From: Flaccisagitta enflata | Lineage: Eukaryota | Length of the DNA stretch: 64,000 nucleotides | Assembly: GCA_965153355.1 (NCBI GenBank) | Contig: OZ231126.1 | Location: 43,338,001 to 43,402,000, forward strand | Direction of reading: 5' to 3' | Part shown: in pieces, positions 58,125 to 64,000 of the stretch | How the letters are laid out: every line of letters starts with the position of its first letter | How positions within the stretch are numbered: the stretch's first letter is position 1 | The notes under the pieces: model-generated | The model's database searches: none | What the model saw: only the letters and a program-made list of their open reading frames with translations | What the model was told of the DNA's origin: nothing | Made by a program: the position numbers and the translations under genes

Positions 58125-58675
58125 AGTTGTTGTTGTTGTTGTTGTTGTTGTTGTTATTGTTGTTTCGTCGTTGCCTATTTGGTCCGTAAGAAAATTTTGT
58201 TGTTCCACATTCATCGTTGTCTTTAAGGTTTTACAAGCACGATTCTGCGAAGTTGTTGTAGTTTTTCCTTGACAAAAGAGCCTCTTGCCGTTTTTAAGAC
58301 CTGTTATTGCTCCTTTCTGTTTCATTCACGTGGATTCAGCGCGGCGGCGGCGGCGGCGACGGCGGCGGCGACTGCAACCGCGAAGGCGGCAACGGCGGTG
58401 ACGATGGCGGCGGATGCAATATGCGCACGAAACGCCGAAGTTGACCATTCGCGCTAACCTACTTGCAAAATATAATTGGCAAGTTGTAATATACCCAAGT
58501 AAACGATAAGTTATTTTACGGACTTTAAGAGTTTCCTTGTCTTTCTTTTTTCTTTTTGTTATTTTGGGTTTTTTTTATTTCTTTCTTTTTTTCCTTCATT
58601 TTTACGAATCTAAGCGCGCGCTTGTTGACCTCGTGTTTTCTCTCTCCCACCCTTTATTTATTGAAAAATCAATTC

Positions 58676-58857
58676 ATCTATTTATTTATTCTTTTATTTA
58701 TTTATTCATTTGTTCATTTATTTATTCATTTAATCATTTATTTATTCATTTATATATTTATATATTTATTTATTTATTTATTTATTTTTTTATTCATTTA
58801 TTTATTTACTTATTTATTCATTTATTTATTCATTTTTTTATTTATTTATTTATTTTT

Positions 58858-58920
<63 letters not shown>

Positions 58921-59235
58921 TTCATTTATTCATTTATTCATTTATTTATCTATTCATTTATTTATCTATTTATAAATTTATTGATTTATTAATTCATTAA
59001 TCTATTAATTTATCAATTTATCTATTCATCTATTTATTCATTTATTCATTTATCTATCTATTCATTTATTTATCTTTTTCTTCATTTGTTTATTTATTTA
59101 TCTATTTATTCATTTTTTTTTATTTATTCATCTATTTGTTTATTCATTCATTCATTTTTTATTTGTTTATTTATTTATTTATTCATTTATTTATCTATTT
59201 ATTTGTTTATTCTTTTATTCATTTATACACTTATG
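58676..59235. repeat. Degenerate (TTTA/TTCA)n array
   Basis: Tetranucleotide low-complexity tract. Confidence 0.95.
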
Positions 59236-59626
59236 TATTTTTTCATTATTCAATTTTTTAAATCATTCATTGCCGTATTGAGTTCAACCATTACTGCAAT
59301 TTCGGTAGCTATTAATACTACGTCTCATTGAATATCTAATTATATATGAATATCGCAGAGGCTGCACTGAAAGGGTCGGTGGTGGTGAGGATGAAGGTCT
59401 CAATGGCGGTCTAAGTGGCAATGGCGCGGTGCTGATGGTGGCGCCGGCGCAGTCGCGGTGCCAGTGGCGGTTTTGAGAGGCGGTGTCAGTGGGTTTTCTT
59501 GAATCGGTAATTCTGCTGCCACTTGCAATTTCCCCTTTGAAACGGCCGATTTATTGCCAATTCACTCTCAAAAGCGTCTGTTTCCATCGGTGAGATTTTT
59601 GGACTTTTTCAGTTGGAGCGCAGAGA

Positions 59627-59768
<142 letters not shown>

Positions 59769-61004
59769 AAAGAAGACAGACAGACAGTCAGAGAGACAGA
59801 GAGAAATAGAAAGAGAAAGAGAAAGAGACAGAGACAGAGAAGATTGGTCAGGACAACGATGGTGTTGGGAAGCCGGTGAAAAAACCACACCGGAATCCGT
59901 ATACATTATAGTTAAAGAGGGCGGTGAGGCGTGATTTAGCGTTCAAACGACAAAAATCGAGCGTATCACAAAGCGACGGATTACCCAGAAGTAACGGACT
60001 GTACCTATGTGTAGCTACTAGATAGTCACCGAAATTCTGCATGCATTTGAATTTATTCGTTCGCTTTAACTCTGGTAAGACAGGTAGGTCGTTCTATTTG
60101 TCTCTCGATTCGTTGTTTTGCTCTTATAAATGGTGTTTACGTTTTGTTATCGCGAGTTAAGATTGTTGTTTTTCGTGGTTGTCATTTTCAATGTCGTCCT
60201 CTTCGTATTTTATTGTCATCTCGTCCGAGTCGTTGTGATCGAACTTTCATTTGTCTTGTTGTTGCCTTTATGACATGGCCTTGCTCGTTATCATTTTAGC
60301 TTTTGTCAACGCTGGTTATGTAGTTGTCATTGACATTGCAGTTACATTGTCAGATATATTGCAACTAATGTTGTCTTTGACATTGTCGCCGTTGCTTGTT
60401 TTTTTTTTTGTCGTCGTTGTCGTCTTCTCTGACGCGGTCGTCTCAATCGTCGTCATCGTCATCGTCGTCGTCATCGTCGTCGTCTTCGTTGTCATAAGAA
60501 TGCGTTATTCTTCTCTCACGAGTCCTCTTTGACGAATGGCACCGTAAAGACAAAGTGCTGAGTCGCTATTTCGGTTCCATACTTCTTTGCTTGGTCGTGA
60601 GTAAATCTGCGTTCGTGGTTACAAAGGCTTCGAGGCGACATATTTGAGTAAAGTCGATCGTTTGTTTGAGAACCTTGGACGTATAGTAAGCAAATTGCGG
60701 TGACTTTAGGTTCGAATGCCGATTGTGAAAGTGTATTTTTACTTTTTTTAGTCGCGTACTACGCGACTCTACACCCCGCTTTGTCGGTCGGTCCGTCCGT
60801 CCGTCCGTCCGTCACACTTACCTTTTTTATTGTACTTTAAGTCATTTTTAGTCATTCTAAGTCATTCTAAGTCTTTCGAAGTCATATTACGCTACATTGA
60901 GTCACTTAAGTCAGTTAGGTCAATTTAGTCGTTTGAGTCATTTCAAGTCATCTTGAATCATTTTAAGTCATCTTGTGTCATTTAAAGTCATCTTGAATTA
61001 TATA

Positions 61005-61644
61005 CACTTTTTTTTATATAAGAGACAACTTTTTTGAAATCAGCCTGGGTGTTCTTAATTTTTCAGCCGTTTTCAGTCTGAAATTCTTTTCAAGTTCTTA
61101 ATTTCTTCGATGTTTACAAATATAAAAATCGCATAAAGATACCTTATTTATGACAATTGTATCTTAAACTTGATAATCATCATGTTTTTTTTTAAATAAT
61201 GCCTGATTTCATTGGCAAATTAGGAAAAGAAGTCATTTTTAATGATAAAAAAACTATACTTCTGAAAAGTTTGAATAAAATTCATGTTTTAAAAAAAGAA
61301 ACTAAAAAAAAAGTTCTTTTGAAAATGGCTAAGACTAAATCTCAGCCTGGGGTGTTTCTTTTTTTGTTCTCAAAATTTTGGCAAATTTCAGGCTCATGTC
61401 TCATATAAACTAGTCCTTTATAAAAAAAAACAAGGCCGGATACACGGCTACCCCAGTCGCGTGCGGGTGGGCAGGGGCTGTATTGGAGGTCATTTGATCA
61501 TTTGGGCAGGAGCAGTGAGGCCATAGACCGCAAAAACAAAAAAAAGTAAAGTGTGACGGACGGACCAACGGACGGATGGATGGACGGTCGGACGGACCGA
61601 CAAAGCGGGTTGTAGAGTCGCGTAGCACGCAACTAAAAAAAGTG
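61005..61644. mobile_element. TA-flanked MITE inside a HINE (60745-61680), with another HINE (61429-61640) in its right TIR
   Basis: TA|cactttttttt-atataag ... ctttataaaaaaaa[HINE]agtg|TA. Confidence 0.65.
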
Positions 61645-62051
61645 TATGTCCCGCACGCGACTTATAGGTGTTGGCCTTGTTCGTTTTCAATCACCTCACA
61701 TTCATGATTTCCGAGTGTGATTACACGATGTTGGAATGATCTCTGTCTCTTAATGAATGAAATTCAATTAGATTTGGGAACAAGCAAAATCAGGTTTCAT
61801 GCAGACGAACTCACAGGAAAAGACAAAGCGCATGGGAAGTAAATTGATCCATCAAGCATTACGGCATGCAAAACAAAAAACTGTCGATGAAAGCCACTGC
61901 AAAATTTCGGCGAACGTTTTGCTGGTTAACAAATAAACAAATGGGAGACGATCAAACTTATTGAGGAGAGCATGATAAAGTGCATTAAACAGATTTGCAA
62001 ATTGAAAACTCATATTTTTACCGTTGTCTTTAGGGTCGTGAATGCACCTCC

Positions 62052-62145
<94 letters not shown>

Positions 62146-62295
62146 AAAGTGCACAAAGAAGAGCATCCTTTAGACGGTTTTTTTTCTGGTGTTAAACACA
62201 AACTTTGCAGTGCACTCCTTGCATTCTCAATTCTTGGCATGGTGATGTCAGTGTTGACCTTGCATTGATCCCCAGAGTTACTCAATGGAGAAGAG

Positions 62296-62379
<84 letters not shown>

Positions 62380-62824
62380 CCTAAAGGGTCATGGTCGAAG
62401 ATTGAAGCAAAGATTGAGAAATGACGCGAAGTCGAAGGAAGAAATATTTACTGAACCCTTCCATGGAGGAACCTGGAGAATCTCAAATTTTTCCGCGATA
62501 GGACTTTGCTATCATACTAAAATCATCTCAATAGTCACGAGATACATTTGTCCCGCAACTGTCCTCGCACTTTCGTCCAGAGCTTTTCATTGCTCCACTA
62601 TATTGTTTTTAAAATATTCTACTATCTCATCGATATGGGCTACCAATCAACGTGCGCACATGAGAGATTATGTCAATCGCTTGTTTAATCAGACTGTCCG
62701 TGTTGTCCAATGCCCAATGCAATGGCCTACCCTCCCTCTTGCTAGCTATTTCCTACTGGAATTTTCCAGGAAACCCCAAAGTGATTCCCAGTTAATGGGC
62801 GAATCTCTCAACCTTCCCTGTAAA

Positions 62825-62900
62825 GACTCGCCTGTGACGGGAATCGAACTCGTGACCAAAATAGTTACCACCAGCCCGCATGCCACTACTGAGCTAACCC
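62825..62900 (-). mobile_element. tRNA-derived SINE head or tRNA pseudogene
   Basis: Minus strand has box-A-like tagctcagtagtgg and box-B gagttcgattccc at tRNA-like spacing; no convincing cloverleaf. Confidence 0.5.
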
Positions 62901-64000
62901 CCCCCCCTCCCCATTAATGGGCACATCGTCATTTCTTTTTAGTCGCGTGCACGCGCCTCTACAACCCGCTTTGTCCGTCCATCCGTCCGTCCGTCCATCC
63001 GTCCGTAGGTCCGTTGGACCATCTGTCAAACTTGTTTTTTTATTTCATAAGTTGTCTTTTTTTATTTTAGGTCATTAGTCATTACAAATCATTTCTAGTC
63101 ATTCTAAGTCATTCTAAGTCATATTAAGTTATACTGAGTCACTTAAGTCAATCAGGTCGATTTAGTCATTTAAGTCATTTTACATCACTTTATGTCTTTT
63201 GAAATCATTTTGAGTCATTTAACGTCATCTTGAGTCATTTACACTTAGAGTCAATAAAAGCCATCTTTAGTTATTTATGTCCCGCACGCGACTTATAAGT
63301 GTTGGCCTTGTTATTTTTCACGAGATGCACGCAGAGCTCTGCTCGCTCTTGTTTTCCGTTCATCCATCGATAAGCAATCAGACGCGCGAGTTTTCTTCTG
63401 GGTCTCAGATTTTGTTGCAGTCTTTATTTTTTGCTGTCAGACTTCATGTCTGTTGCCTACTACCTCATTCATCATCGTTTACTTGTTTGCGAAAAAAAAA
63501 TAATAAAGCAAGAAATCCGTTGCTTTTTATCAATGCTAATCACTTGAGTTGATGCCTCTGCGTCTAGACAAGGGAACACAGCCAATGTTTTCTCCGTGGT
63601 CATCTCGTTTTTTTCTCTTTTACTGATTCAGCTCATTGACATTTACAGTATGTTTTTTCTGAACTGACACGAATTAAAATCTTATAACTTTGCAATGGAG
63701 CAAGATATTCAAAATCCGAAAAAAGCGCTAGATAGATCTTGGTCTGCAGATTTATTATCTTTAAAGGAATAATCCATCAGTTTAAGAAAGTAGGCCCCCA
63801 CTTTATGTAAATCAAAACGTTCATTTCTCAAATAGTTTAAATTTTCAATAGCATCTCTTAAGTACATTATCTTAAATTCATGCTGAATCTCTATAGATCG
63901 AGCTAAACCTCCAGGAGTGGCCTTAAATAAAAGAAAACTAATCATAGATGCTTATTCTGCCTCATCATTGTGACAGAATTACCAATCTTATGTTCAGAGT

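Noticed and set aside
58330-59600. GC-rich patches (also 50280-50465 and 6800-7010) as possible exons
   Set aside because: No recognisable protein motif or consistent splice-phase chain; may be UTR or regulatory sequence, but unsupported.
62825-62900. Functional tRNA gene
   Set aside because: The acceptor and anticodon stems do not pair convincingly; kept only as a SINE-like head.

Overview
Eukaryotic (invertebrate-animal-like) genomic DNA with spliceosomal introns, very rich in microsatellites and non-autonomous transposons. Most ORF-track entries are repeat artefacts. Two spliced genes can be reconstructed by eye. (1) A plus-strand gene (CDS about 34142-46193) encodes an IRE1/RNase L-type kinase plus KEN ribonuclease. 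It has RNase L-like motifs (DFD; Y-x11-RNL-x2-H) but no visible ankyrin or luminal domain. An in-frame GTGAGT donor at 40943/44 joins it to a transmembrane exon and an acidic low-complexity tail, which suggests a C-terminally anchored 'inverted IRE1'. The TM exon is present twice, in an ~1 kb direct duplication that exactly brackets a TA-flanked TIR transposon. (2) A minus-strand gene (3330 to beyond the left edge) encodes a TM helix plus a permuted papain-fold (PPPDE/LRAT-like, NCQHF) domain, apparently spliced to Kelch-like exons. The mobile DNA includes several Helentron-associated (DINE-1/HINE-like) families, Tc1/mariner-type MITEs, a DD35E Tc1 relic, six hAT-type elements with perfect 8-bp TSDs, a 2.9 kb foldback palindrome and a 5'-truncated R4/Dong-like retrotransposon inside a (CT)n tract. 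Gene models and family assignments come from motifs and splice phase only; no database search or transcript data were available.
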